Source: Felis catus (taxonomy: Eukaryota). Taken from it: 64,000 bases of DNA. The position numbers were made by a program, and so were the translations under genes. The notes under the pieces were generated by a model. That model did no database searches. It was not told the DNA's origin and was given only the letters and a program-made list of their open reading frames with translations. Shown here in pieces: positions 1-12,424 of the stretch. The first letter of the stretch is position 1. Each line of letters begins with the position of its first letter. Where the stretch lies: positions 22,818,001-22,882,000 of the forward strand of contig NC_058368.1 in assembly GCF_018350175.1 (NCBI RefSeq), given 5' to 3'.

Positions 1-3000
1 TATATGGTTTCAAATATTTTCTCCCATTCATTAGCTTGCCTTTTCATTTTATTGATGGTTTCCTTTGCTGTTCAGAAGCTTTTTATTTTGATATAGTTCC
101 ACTTGTTTATTTTTGCTTTTGTTTCCCTGGTTTTGAAGACATATTGAGAAAAAAAATGTTGCTACAGCTGATGTCAGAGAAATTACTGTCTATGATCTCT
201 TCTAAGAGTTTTATGGTTTCAGGTCTCACATTTTGGTCTTAATCCATTTTGAGGTTACTTTTGTGTAAGGTATTAAAAAGTGGTCCACTTTCATTCTTTT
301 ACACGTAGCTGTCCAGTGTTCCCAGCACCATGTATTGAAGAGTTGGTCTTTTCCCCACTGTATGTTCTTTCCTTCTCTGACATAGATTGACCATATAATC
401 GTTGATTTATTTCTGGGATATTTTGTTCCATTGATCAATGTGTTTATTTTTGTGCTAGTACCATGCTGTTTTGATTACTACAACTTTGTAGTAATTATGA
501 CATTGAAACCTTTCTTGAAATCTGGGATTGTGACATTTCCAGTTTTATTCTTTTTTTTTTTTTTTAATATTTACTTTTTGGGAGAGTGCAAGTGGGGGAG
601 GGGCAGAGAGAGGAAGACAGAGAATCCAAAGAGGGCTCTAAGCTGACGGTCTGGCAGCAGCATGCCTGATGTGTGGCTCGAACTCACAAACCACAAGATC
701 ATGATCTGAGCCAAAGACAGACACTCAACCTACTGAGCCACCCAGGTGCCCCTGTTCTTTTTCAAGGTTGCTTTGGTTATTCAGGGGTCTTTTGTGGTTT
801 CATACAAACTTTGTATTATATGTTCTAGACTGTGAAAAATGCTATTGATATATGGATAGGGATTGAATTGAATCTGTAGATTGCTTTGGGTAGTATGGTC
901 ATTTTAACAATATTAATTCTTCTAAGCCATGAGCATGGAATATGAGCATTTGTTTGTGTCATCTTCCATTTCTTTCGTGTTTTATAGTTTTCAGATACAC
1001 ATCTTTCACCTCTTTGGTTAAATTTATTCCTAGGTATTTTATTCTTTTTTGGTGCAACTGTAAATAGTGTTGTTTTCTTAATTTCCCTTTCTGCTACTTC
1101 AGTATTAGTGTATAGAAATGCAACAGATTTCTGTATGTTAATTTTATATCCTACAACTTTACTGAATTCACTTATTCGAGTAGTTTTTTGGTGGAGTCTT
1201 CAGGATTTTCTATGTACAGTATCATGTCATCTGCAAACAGTGACAGTTTAACTTCTTCTTGACCACTATGGATGCCTTTCATTTTTTTTCTTCCCTGATT
1301 GCTATGGGTGAAGCTTCTAGTACTATGTTAAGTAAAAGTGATGGGAGTGAAAATCCTTTGTCTCACTCCTGATCTTAGAGAAAAAGCTCAGTTTCTCACT
1401 ATGATGTTATCATGTGGTATGTATCATGTCATCTGTGGGTTTTTCATATATGGCCTTATTATGTGGAGGTATGTTCCCTCTAACACCACTTTGTTGAAAG
1501 TTTTTTATCATGAGTGATGTTGAATTTTGTCAATGCTTTTTCTGGGTCTACTGAGATTATCATATGATTTTTATCCTTTGTTTTGTTGATGCACTGCACA
1601 ATGTTGATTGATTTGTAAATATCAAACCACCCTTGCACCCCTGGAATAAATCCCACTTGCTTGTGGTTAATGATATTTTTGATATGTTGTTGAATGTGAT
1701 TTGTTAATATGTTGTCAAGGATTTTTGTATCTATGTTCATCAGGGATACTGGCCTGTAGTTTTCTTTCTTTGTGGGGACTTTGTCTGGTTTTGGTTATCA
1801 GATCAGGATAATTCTGGCCTTGTAGAATGCATTTGGAACCTTTCCTGCCATTTCCATTTTTTTGGAATAGTTTGAGGAGAATAGGTATTAATTCTTCTTT
1901 AAATATCTGGTAGAATTCATCTATTAACGCATCTGGACTGGACGTTTATTTTTTGGTAGTTTTTTGATTACTGATCCAATTTCATTACTAGTAATCAGTC
2001 TGTCCAGATTTTCTATTTGTTCCTGATTCAGTTTTGGAAACTGGTATGTTTCCATGAATTTATCTATTTCTGCAAGGTCATCCAATTTGTTGGTATACAA
2101 TTTTTTGTAGTAGTCTCTTAGATTCCTTCATAATTCTGTGGTGTCAGCTGTTACTTCCCTTTCCTTTCTGATTTTATTTACTTGGGTCCTTTGTCTCTTT
2201 TTCTTGATGAGTCTAGCTAAGGGATAATCAATTTTGTTTATCTTCTCAAAGAACCAGCTCTTGGTTTTGTTAACTTTCTTCTTTTTAGTCTCTACATCAT
2301 TTATTTCTGTTGTGATCTTTATTATTTCCTTTCTTCTACTCACCTTGGGCTTTGTTGTTCGTCTTTTTCTAGTTCATTTAGGTGTAAGGTTTATTGTTTA
2401 TTTGAGCTTTTCTGGCTTCTTGAAGTGGGCCTGTATTGCTATATATTTTCCTCTTAGAACTCTTTCACTGCATCCCAAAGATTCTTAGACTATTGTGTTT
2501 TCATTTTCATTTCTCTCCATGAATCTGTTTCTTCAATTGTTTTGCTGGCCCATTGGTTATTTAGTATCATGTTGTTTAGTCTCCACGTGTTTGTGTTTTT
2601 TCCAGTTTTTTTCTTGTGATTTATTTCTAGTTTCATACTGCTGTGATCATAAAAGATGCATGGTATGATTTCAATCCTCTTAAATTTATTGAAGCTTGTT
2701 TTGTGTCTCACATGTGATCTATCCTGGAGAATGTTCTATGTGCACTTGACAGTAATATTTTTTTTGTTTTTGGATTGAATATTATGTCCACCTGTTCCAA
2801 AGTGTCAAAGACACTGTCTCCTTATTGATTTTCTGCCTGAATGATCTATTTACTGATATGAAGAGGAGGGTTAAAGTCCCTTACTATTACTGTACTACCA
2901 TCAATTTCTCCCTTTATGTTCATTAGTATGTGCTTTATGTATTTAAGTGCTCTAATACATGTGTTGGGTACACAGATATTTACAAATGTTACATCCTCTT

Positions 3001-3480
3001 GTTGGACTGCTTTATCATTCTGTAATGCCCTTCTTTGTCTCTAATTATAGTCTTTGTTTTGAAGTCTATTTTGTCTCGTATAAGTACTGATTTTTTGCCT
3101 TTTTTTTTGCTTCCATTTACATGGTGAATGTTTTTCCATCCCTTTACTTTCAATTTGTATGTGTCTTTATGTCTAAGGTGAGTCTCTTATAGCCAGCATA
3201 CAGAAGGGTCTTGTATTTTTATCCATTCCACCACCCTCTCTCTTTTGATTGAAGCATTCAGGCTATTTACATTTAAAGTTATTATTGATAGGTATGTATT
3301 TATTGCTATTTTGTTCCTTGTTTAATGGTTGTTTTGTAGTTCTTCTCTGTTCCTTCTTCTCTTGCTTTGTGACTGAATAGTGTTATATTTGGCTTTCTTT
3401 CTATTTTTTGTGTATATATCATAGGTTTGGGGTTTTGTGGTTGCCATGAGTGAACCATATAACTTGTTTTTAATAATAAA
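1..3480 (-). mobile_element. Decayed LINE-1 (carnivore type), ORF2 region, runs off the window start
   Basis: Minus-strand ORF fragments with L1 ORF2 motifs ([60 protein letters not shown]); frameshifted; interrupted by a SINE. Confidence 0.93.
551..752 (-). mobile_element. CanSINE inserted in L1
   Basis: Poly-T, GA tract, ends ctgagccacccaggtgcccc. Confidence 0.9.
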
Positions 3481-3670
3481 GCTGAAGAACAGCATTAGCC
3501 TGACATAACAAGGATATAATAATATGCACATGAGACTAATCATATGCACATGGGACTAATAGATTTTATTGTCCTATGATTCCTTGATAAGTGGCCATGA
3601 TTCTATATATATTTGATTAAGCAGAATACCTAAATATGCTGGATAAGTAGAGTATTAAGATGCTCTCTTA

Positions 3671-3887
3671 GGGTGCCTGGGGTGGGTCAGTCGGTTGGGC
3701 ATCCGACTTTGGCTCAGGTCATGATCTCGCTGTTCATGAGTTCAAGCCCCGCATCGGGGTCTGTGCTGACAGCTCAGAGCCTGGAGCCTACTTTTGATTC
3801 TGTGTCTGCCTCTCTCTCTGCCCCTCCCCTGGTCATGCTGTGTCTCTGTCTCTCAAAAATAAATAAATGTAAAAAAAAATTTTTAAA
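3671..3887 (+). mobile_element. CanSINE with 14-bp TSD
   Basis: gggtgcctggggtgggtcagtc head, CT tract, AATAAA tail; TSD aagatgctctctta at 3657-3670 and 3888-3901. Confidence 0.93.
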
Positions 3888-5088
3888 AAGATGCTCTCTT
3901 AATGCCTGACAAATGATTTATCTAAAACTTTAAGAATGTGAATTTTTTGCTAAAGAACCTCAACCCAGAAATGATTTTACTAAACTCAGCAAATAGCCAT
4001 CATCATAAGTATAATATGGATCAATTCTCATTACCTAAGTATACATTTTCATGTGGCAGTGTGGGACTGTAAATTAAACATGCACGGTGCAGCATGTTAA
4101 GAACTTACAACATAATTTGTAGGTATCAGTACACAGATACTATAAGAACATCAAATAAAGTATGGTACAAAGTGCATGAGAGCATTTATATCATTTGCCA
4201 ATTATTTTCTACTTTATCTCTTCCTGTAGAGTTTGAGATTTTTACCATGAGTGTGCATTACTTACGTAATTAAACACCCCACACAAATGTTTTCTCAAGG
4301 GTTAATATATCTCCTTCTCCCTGTTTTTCTTGCCCATTAAGTACAACTATATGAGCTGACAATTTGGGGAGATGAGACTACATTAACTATACTTCCTAAT
4401 CTGCCTACCACTCTACAAATTAAGTCAGTTTCAAACTGCCCATGATAACATATAATAAGTCAATGGAAGCACTTCAAAGCCAGAAAGCACTTGTGGTTGG
4501 ATGTAGAAGATGATATAATGATTTGTAGTTGCACAGAACCTTTCATCTAGGAATTTAAAACAGCTTCATACTCATCTCCCTTATAGACAGCACCCTTCCA
4601 TAGTAGCCCTGACACCTGCCCCAAGTAATGTAAGGAAACTGCAGGCAGAATTAAGAATGGACTTCTAAAGACTTAATTTACAGTCATCTACATTTAATCA
4701 GTCATCTACATTTTAACAACAAAGCAAGACGAACAAGTTCACTGAGCTTATAGGACATTCAATAAATCTACAGAATAAAAATTCTTAACTGAAAGTAATC
4801 CACTTTGCTTAGCAGATTGTTACTTGCAAAAATATGAAAGTGATTTTAAACTTATTACAAAAGTTGTTCTCTGTTCACAAAAAATAGATCCCAGCAACCA
4901 GAAAGGTTGATGACTAAATTTGCAAAACCATTTAAGTAAACATTATTTATCTTTTCTACCAAATTCTTGCCATGTCACTTAATATAAATTGTCATTCATT
5001 TTAAATGAAGAAAGCTTTATATTTTTGTGTTTGGGTCAAAACAATCTCCTCTTATTCTTTGCCCCTTCCCTAAAGAGAAAACACAAAC

Positions 5089-5252
5089 CTCGATCTTGGA
5101 GTCATTTTTGTTGGTGTTGGCACACCTTCTGAAATTTTATATGGATTCTTCAGGGGTGATATATAGATGTTTCCCCCAGGAATTCGTAAAGGTGAACTAG
5201 AAAACTTGTAAGGGCTTCGAGGAATGTGAGGTATTGGTGACAAAGTCGGGGG
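5089..5252 (-). CDS. RB1: RB1 coding exon (exon 23 equivalent, C-terminal CDK site cluster), 164 bp
   Basis: Translates [54 protein letters not shown](R); acceptor ...ttttgccttag, donor gtttgt; 100-bp intron to the previous exon. Confidence 0.97.
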
Positions 5253-5313
5253 CTAAGGCAAAAACAAAAAGTAGATTATTTTTTTTAATGTTTTAATGAG
5301 ATCCTTTGTTTTA

Positions 5314-5502
<189 letters not shown>

Positions 5503-5651
5503 TTAGAAATTTATCTCTTTAGATTTTCTTTATAAATAATTCATAATATGTTTGAACAGTAAGAATCACATACTATGTAGTAAAAAATCACCTGAAAAAG
5601 CCTTCTTAGGTTTAGATTATAGCTGCTCTACCAGAAGTGAAATGTGATGCA

Positions 5652-5898
5652 TTTTTTTTTAAAGTTTGTTTATTTACTTTGAGATAGAGAGAAAGAAAGA
5701 GAAAGAGAGAAAGAGAAAGAAAAAGAAAAAGAAAAAAAAAAAAGAGTTGGGGAGGGAGGGAGGAAAAGAGAATCCTGAGCAGGTTCTGCCCTGTCAGCAC
5801 GGAGCCCAATGCGGGGCTTGAACTCATGAACTATGAGATCATGATCTGAGCCAAAACCAAGAGCTGGACACTTAATTGACTGAGCCACCCAGGCGCCC
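5652..5898 (-). mobile_element. CanSINE in RB1 intron 21
   Basis: Poly-T, GA-rich tract, ends gagccacccaggcgccc. Confidence 0.92.
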
Positions 5899-6173
5899 TG
5901 AAACATCACAGATATTTTTTATGTATATATACATGTAAAGTTTATTACAAATATTCCTCTTTGTTGGAGGGATACAGTATTCCTTATTAACTTTAAAATA
6001 TAAATGTGGATATTAAAATGTCTTAACTTTCCAATTCCATTTTAGTTACAAATAATTAATAACATAAAAGTAAAAAAATTGACAGGTGAATTTATATAAT
6101 AAGGTCAGAATATATGGTCTAATTAATGACTTAAGTTATCTATATTATGGATATGGATATATCTAAAATCTTA

Positions 6174-6296
<123 letters not shown>

Positions 6297-7617
6297 CTAG
6301 TAAATCAATGTAATATAAAAATATCAGAATTTTGTTACATAGTTGTGTTCTAAAGAGTACTCTGTTATCTTTCTTTTAGCTTCAAAAAAAAAAAAATGGA
6401 AGCTTAAGTTCCTATAGGATTATTTTTTCTAATCCTGAGCCCAGTTTGAAAGTTGATGTGAAGTGTTTAGCCCAAATTGTGTTTAAGGGACAAAATGCAA
6501 ATAGCCAAATTTCAATTATTAGAATGTATCATCTGGTTTGTAAATAACTCTAACCTTCACCCGTTACTTAAATTTTTCCCAGAAAAGCTGAAACTCGAAT
6601 GAGTTAACTGTGTAACTAGCACTTAAAAAGAAAAAAAGCCAGTTGTGTAAAAGGTTCAAACTATCAGATAAAATAATACTGAATACATTTGGTGATAGTG
6701 GTAAGGGGACTTTCTAGCAAGGGGCAGGAGAGAGTCTTTGTGTTGTAGATAATGTTCCTGATTTGGAGGCAGGTTATGCAGGTGAGTTCAGCTGATGAAT
6801 CTGCATTAAGATGTATCCTTATGATACATGGATGTTTCTATATGCATATTATATTTCAATAAAAAAATTTAATATAAAAATTAGATTAGAAATTATTCTC
6901 TATGAACTTAAAAATCAAACTTTATTCATCTGCATGAATTTTATTGCCAAATTTAAGTATTCATATCTCTGCAACATTCTTGCTTATATATACTATCGCC
7001 GGGAATATCTATTCACCATCCCTTGTTCGGCAACCTATCAGCCCCAATTCTGGTCTCCCCATTCAGAATGCCATCCAATAACTTCTTTGCTAATTCACAT
7101 TTTTTTCCTACTTCAGTTCTTTTCCTAAGGTTTCTCTCTGCAAACATCTTCTTGATTCAAGATACCTAATCTCTTTAGAAACCCTTAGCACTACTGTCTT
7201 TCTATATTGTAGAAAAGCAGAACCATAAGGCAATGAGTACCTACTTTTAAAAATCCAACATCCTAGAATTTATATATCCAAATATTTATTCTCTTGTAAA
7301 ATATACCTATTTGTAGGTTATACCCTTATACACTAGTGTACCTTTTGCTAAAAATATTCTTATTGGGAACATTACTACTGACCTTACAGAAATAAAAGGA
7401 TTTTAAGGGAACATTATGAACAATTGCATACCAACAAAACAACTATCTAAGATGGACTGGAAAAATTTAAGAAAAGACACAAACTACCAAAACTGACTAA
7501 AGAAGAAATAGAAAATATGAGCTTTCATTAATAATAAAAAACTATCCACAAACAAAAGCCCAGGCCTAGATGGCTTCACTGGTGAGTTCTACCAAACATT
7601 AAAAAAAAAAAAAATCA

Positions 7618-7841
7618 GGGGCGCCTGGGTGGCGCAGTCGGTTAAGCGTCCGACTTCAGCCAGGTCACGATCTCGCGGTCCGTGAGTTCGAGCCCCGCGT
7701 CAGGCTCTGGGCTGATGGCTCAGAGCCTGGAGCCTGTTTCCGATTCTGTGTCTCCCTCTCTCTCTGCCCCTCCCCCGTTCATGCTCTGTCTCTCTCTGTC
7801 CCAAAAATAAATAAACGTTGAAAAAAAAAATTAAAAAAAAA
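7618..7841 (+). mobile_element. Young feline SINE (SINEC_Fc-like), CpG-rich
   Basis: ggggcgcctgggtggcgcagtcggttaagcgtccgacttcagccaggtcacg..., intact A and B boxes, TSD (a)n-tca. Confidence 0.95.
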
Positions 7842-9390
7842 TCAATACCAATTCTTCACAAACTCTTCTGAAATTAGAAGAGGAGGGAACACTTTCCAAT
7901 TAATTCTGTGAGGTCAGTAGTACTCAAAAACAGACATCAGAGGAGAATTACCATTATCTCTTATGATTACAGATGTAAAAATCCTTAACAAAAACAAGCT
8001 GAATCAGCAGCATATCTAATGTGCTATGTGACCAAGTAGGATTCATTCCAGAAATGCAAGGCTGGTTTAACATACTGAAGAATTAATTAATATAATACAC
8101 CACAATACAATAAAAAGGAAAAAACCCAATGATCATCTCAATAGATACAGAAAAAAGCATTTGAAAAAAGCATTCAACACCCTTTTGTGATAAAAACACT
8201 CAATAAACTAAGAATAGATGGGGACTTCCACTACCTGATAAAGGGCATATACAAAAACTCCATAGCTAACAATACATTTAATGGTGGAAGACTGAATGCT
8301 TTCCCCTGAGGTCAGGAATAAGACAAGGATGTCCCCTTTCACCACTTCATTCAGTACTGTATTGGAGGTTCTATGCCAAAGCAATTTGACAAGTAAATGA
8401 AATAACAGTCATCTGGATTGCAAAGGAAGAAGTAAAACTACCTCTATTTGAAGATATATGAGCTTATATATTGAAAATAGTAAGGAATCCACTAAAAACT
8501 ATTACAACTGATAAATTACTTCAGCAAAACTGTAATATGATTAATATATGAAAATTAATTGTATTTCCGTACACTAGCAATGAACAATCCAAATAATAAA
8601 TTAAAGAGACAACTTCAGTTACAATAGTGTTAAAAGGAATAAACTACTTAGGTCTAAATTGAATATAACAAATGCAAGACTGTACTCTGAAAACTTAAAA
8701 ACGTTACTGAAAAAATTAAAGAACATCTAAATAAATGGAAAGACATCACATGTTCATGGACTGGAATACTTAATATTGTTAAGATGACAGAGCTGCTCAA
8801 ACTGATTTATGACTCAGTACAATCCCTTTCAAAATTCCAGTTGCCTTCTTTGTACAAATTGACAAGGTGATCCTAAAATTCATACAGAAATGCAAGCTTC
8901 AGAACAGCACAACAAATCTTGAAAAAGAAGAGTAAAACTGGGGTATCATGCTTCCCTACAGATCAATGCAGTACAATTAAGAGACCAGAAATGAACTTTT
9001 ACATATATATAGTTAGTTGATTTTTGACAACTGTCAAGAGGGAAAGAAAAGACTTTTCAAGAAATGGTGCTGGAACAAGCAGTATTCACACACAAAAGAA
9101 CGAAGTTAGACTCCTATCTCACACCATACAGAAAAATTAACTCAAAAAAAAAAAACAACAAAAAACGTAAGAGCTAGAAGGGGAATTAATCATGTTTATT
9201 ATTCATTTTCAATTACAAGTGGATTTTTCAGAACATTAAATTGTTCATACTCATTTTTCCCAGGCTCTGAGAAAAATGGAGAAAAATAAGGATAAACCTT
9301 GGTGGTCTCTGATTTGGCAATGGTTTTTTAGATATGACAACAAAAGCACTAGCATCAAAAGAAAAAACAAACTGAACACGATCAAAATTT

Positions 9391-9443
9391 TTTTATATTA
9401 AGTATAATTTATTGTCAAATTGGTTTCCATACAACACCCAGTG
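9391..9443 (-). mobile_element. 53-bp 5'-truncated young L1 3' tail with 17-bp TSD
   Basis: Reverse complement resembles the L1 3' terminus at ~63815-63865; flanked by gaacacgatcaaaattt and gaatatgatcaaaattt. Confidence 0.85.
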
Positions 9444-10581
9444 GAATATGATCAAAATTTAAAACTTGTGTGCCTCAAAGGACACCATCAAAAAAGTGAA
9501 AAAGACAACTCAGAACTGGAAAAAAATCATATGAAATAAGGGACTTTTATGTAGACAACATGAAGAACCCTTATAAATCAATAATAAATAGACACTCAAT
9601 TAAAAATTATGTAAATGATCTGAATAGATATTTCTCTAAAGAAGATAAACAAATGGCCAATAAGCACATGAAAAGTGTGTTTAATGTTCAATCAGTATCA
9701 TTAGCAATTAGGGAAATGAAAACCAAAACCATAAAGAGATATCACTCTATACCCACTAGGATGAGTATAATTAAAAAAGCAAATAAGAAGTTGGTGAGGA
9801 TGTGGAGAAACTAGAACCTCATACACCGCTGGTAGGAATGTAAAATGGTGTGGGTAAGTTGGAAAATAATCTGGCCAGGCTTCAAAGGTTAAACACAGTT
9901 ATTATATGACCTGACACCCTGTCAGGTATACATCCAGAAAACTGGAAACATATATCCACACAAAACTTGTACATACATGTTCACAGTAACATTAATCATG
10001 GTAGCCAAAAAATAGAAAGTAAATGTACACTAAATGATGAACAGATATATATGACGTGGTATATCCATACAATGGAATATCATTCAGCAATAAAAAGGAA
10101 TGAAGTACTTATACAAGCTATAACACAGATAAGCAATGAAAACACTATACTAAATAAAAGAAGCCAGACAGAAAAGACAACATATTATATGGCTGCAATT
10201 ATTAAAAATGTCCAGAATAGGCAAATCTACAGAGATAGACTAGTATTGCCTGGGGATGGAGGGAGTGGGGGAACAGGGGGTAAGTAGTTAAGGGTATGGT
10301 GTTTCTTTCTGGCATGATAAAAAACTGTTTTAAAAGTGTTTGTGACGATGCTTGCACAACTCCATGAATATACTAAAAACCACTGGGGTGTATACTTTAA
10401 TTTGTATGGTATGTGAATTACATCTCAATAAGTTGTTACTAAAAAATATATATATATTCTTATTATTCGGTACAGAGAAGAAAAATGAAGATGTGAGAGA
10501 TGGTTCTCTGTACATTAAATCTTTTAGTCATTAGTTTGTTCATTCATTCAAACAGTAGGCACTGTTTTAGATAAACTTGGG

Positions 10582-10806
10582 TTTTTTTAATAAGTTTTTT
10601 TAATGTTCATTTATTTTTGAGAGACAGAGAGAGAGACAGAGTGCAAGCAGGTGACGGGCAGAGAGAGGGAGACACAGAATCTGAAGCAGTCTCCAGGCTC
10701 TGAGCCGTCAGCACAGACCCTGATGCGGGGCTTGAACTCATGAACAGCAAGATCATGACCCGAGCCGAAGTTAGACTCTTACCCGACAGAGCCACCCAGG
10801 TGCCCC
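10582..10806 (-). mobile_element. CanSINE in RB1 intron 20
   Basis: Poly-T, gagagacag tract, ends gccacccaggtgcccc. Confidence 0.92.
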
Positions 10807-11118
10807 CAGATCAAATTGTTCTTAAATCTCATGCTTTTTCCATACTAACATGAAATCTAGTTTACCACAAGACAGAAAAAGTCCACAATAAACGGTTTCT
10901 TCAATGATTTGTGTAAACAAGATCTTTTAGGTCATTAAGCAAGTTACTAAAATACTCTCAAGCTCTAAAGCTCTAAGAAGTACAGCAAAATTACAAAAGG
11001 TAGCTAACAAGTGCACATATATTAAGTCTGCAAAATTGATTTGGCTTCTCATTTGAATCTAATCTTTTAAGAAATCAGTATACAGTTAACAAATAAGTAG
11101 GAGAAGAGAAGTGAACTA

Positions 11119-11295
<177 letters not shown>

Positions 11296-11741
11296 TCATG
11301 TTTATTATTCATTTTCAATTACAAGTGGATTTTTCAGAACATTAAATTGTTATAACCATAACACTGTTAAACAGCACCTTTTTTTCAAGTTTTTATTTAA
11401 ATTCCAGTTAGTTAACATGTAATGTTAGTTCCAGGTGTAGAATTCACTGATTCATTACTTACATTGCAACACCCAGCGCTCATCACAAGTGCCCTCCTTA
11501 ATACCCATCACCTCTTTAAGCCACTCCCTACCTGCCCTTTGGTAACCAACAGCTTGTTGTCTATAGTTAAGAGTTTGTTTCTTGGTTTGCCTCTTTTTTT
11601 CCTCTATGTGCATTTGTTTTGTTTTTTAAATTCTACAAATGAGTGAAATCATGGTACTTGTCCTCTGACCAACTTATTTCACTTAGCATAATACTCTCTA
11701 GCTCCATCCACATTGTTGCAAATGCCAAGATTTCATCCTTC

Positions 11742-12230
11742 TTTTTTGTTTTGAGAGAGAGAGGGGGGAGAGAGCATGCAGGCAGGGGAGGGCAGAGGTA
11801 GAGGTAGAGGGAGAGAGGGAGAGGGAGAGAGGGAGAGGGAGAGAGGGAGAGGGAGAGAGGGAGAGAGGGAGAGGGAGAGAGGGAGAGGGAGAGAGGGAGA
11901 GGGAGAGGGAGAGAGGGAGAGGGAGAGAGGGAGAGGGAGAGAGGGAGAGGGAGAGGGAGAGAGGGAGAGGGAGAGGGAGAGGGAGAGAGGGAGAGGGAGA
12001 GGGAGAGAGGGAGAGGGAGAGGGAGAGAGGGAGAGGGAGAGGGAGAGAGGGAGAGGGAGAGGGAGAGAGGGAGAGGGAGAGGGAGAGAGGGAGAGGGAGA
12101 GGGAGAGGGAGAGGGAGAGGGAGAGGGAGAGGGAGAGGGAGAGAGGGAGAGGGAGAGAGGGAGAGAGGGAGAGAGGGAGAGAGGGAGAGAGGGGGAGAGA
12201 GAGAGAGGGGGAGAGGGGGAGGGAGGGAGG

Positions 12231-12288
<58 letters not shown>

Positions 12289-12424
12289 GGAGTGAGGGAG
12301 AGAATCCCAAGCAGTCTCCATGCTCAGCATGGAGCCCAATGTGGGGCTTGAACCCATGAACCATAAGATCATGAGCTGAAATTAAGAGTTGGACACTTAA
12401 CCAACTGGGTCACTCAGGCACCCC
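11742..12424 (-). mobile_element. CanSINE with a hugely expanded internal CT tract
   Basis: SINE head at ~12303-12424; TSD-like ccaagatttcat on both sides (11725-11736 and 12423-12434). Confidence 0.88.
11753..12303. repeat. ~550-bp (GGGAGA/GGGAGAGA/GA)n polypurine tract
   Basis: Nearly pure G/A on the plus strand; accounts for the SPSL and RERG low-complexity ORFs. Confidence 0.97.

Larger units (their letters stand above)
7340..10450 (+). mobile_element. Old LINE-1 (L1M type) ORF2 and 3' end, with internal insertions
   Basis: cccaggcctagatggcttcactggtgagttctaccaaaca; DLNRYFSKEDKQMANKHMK and WYIHTMEYHSAIKRNE fragments; 3' end ...catctcaataa. Confidence 0.9.

Noticed and set aside
3522..3560. 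Small direct repeats (here, and at ~4681-4716 and ~49797-49845)
   Set aside because: Two-copy 15-20 bp slippage duplications without spacer arrays; not CRISPR-like and no sign of function
1..5088. RB1 exon 24, and exon 17 at the other end of the window
   Set aside because: I found no matching sequence by eye; both probably lie outside the window given the long introns 23 and 17
7618..7700. tRNA-like A and B boxes
   Set aside because: Head of a tRNA-derived CanSINE followed by CT tract and A tail; not a tRNA gene. The same applies to the other copies
11633..12372. Long ORFs of 243, 224 and 191 aa (SPSL / LPLS / RERG repeats)
   Set aside because: Produced by the stop-free GA/CT expansion inside a SINE; not proteins
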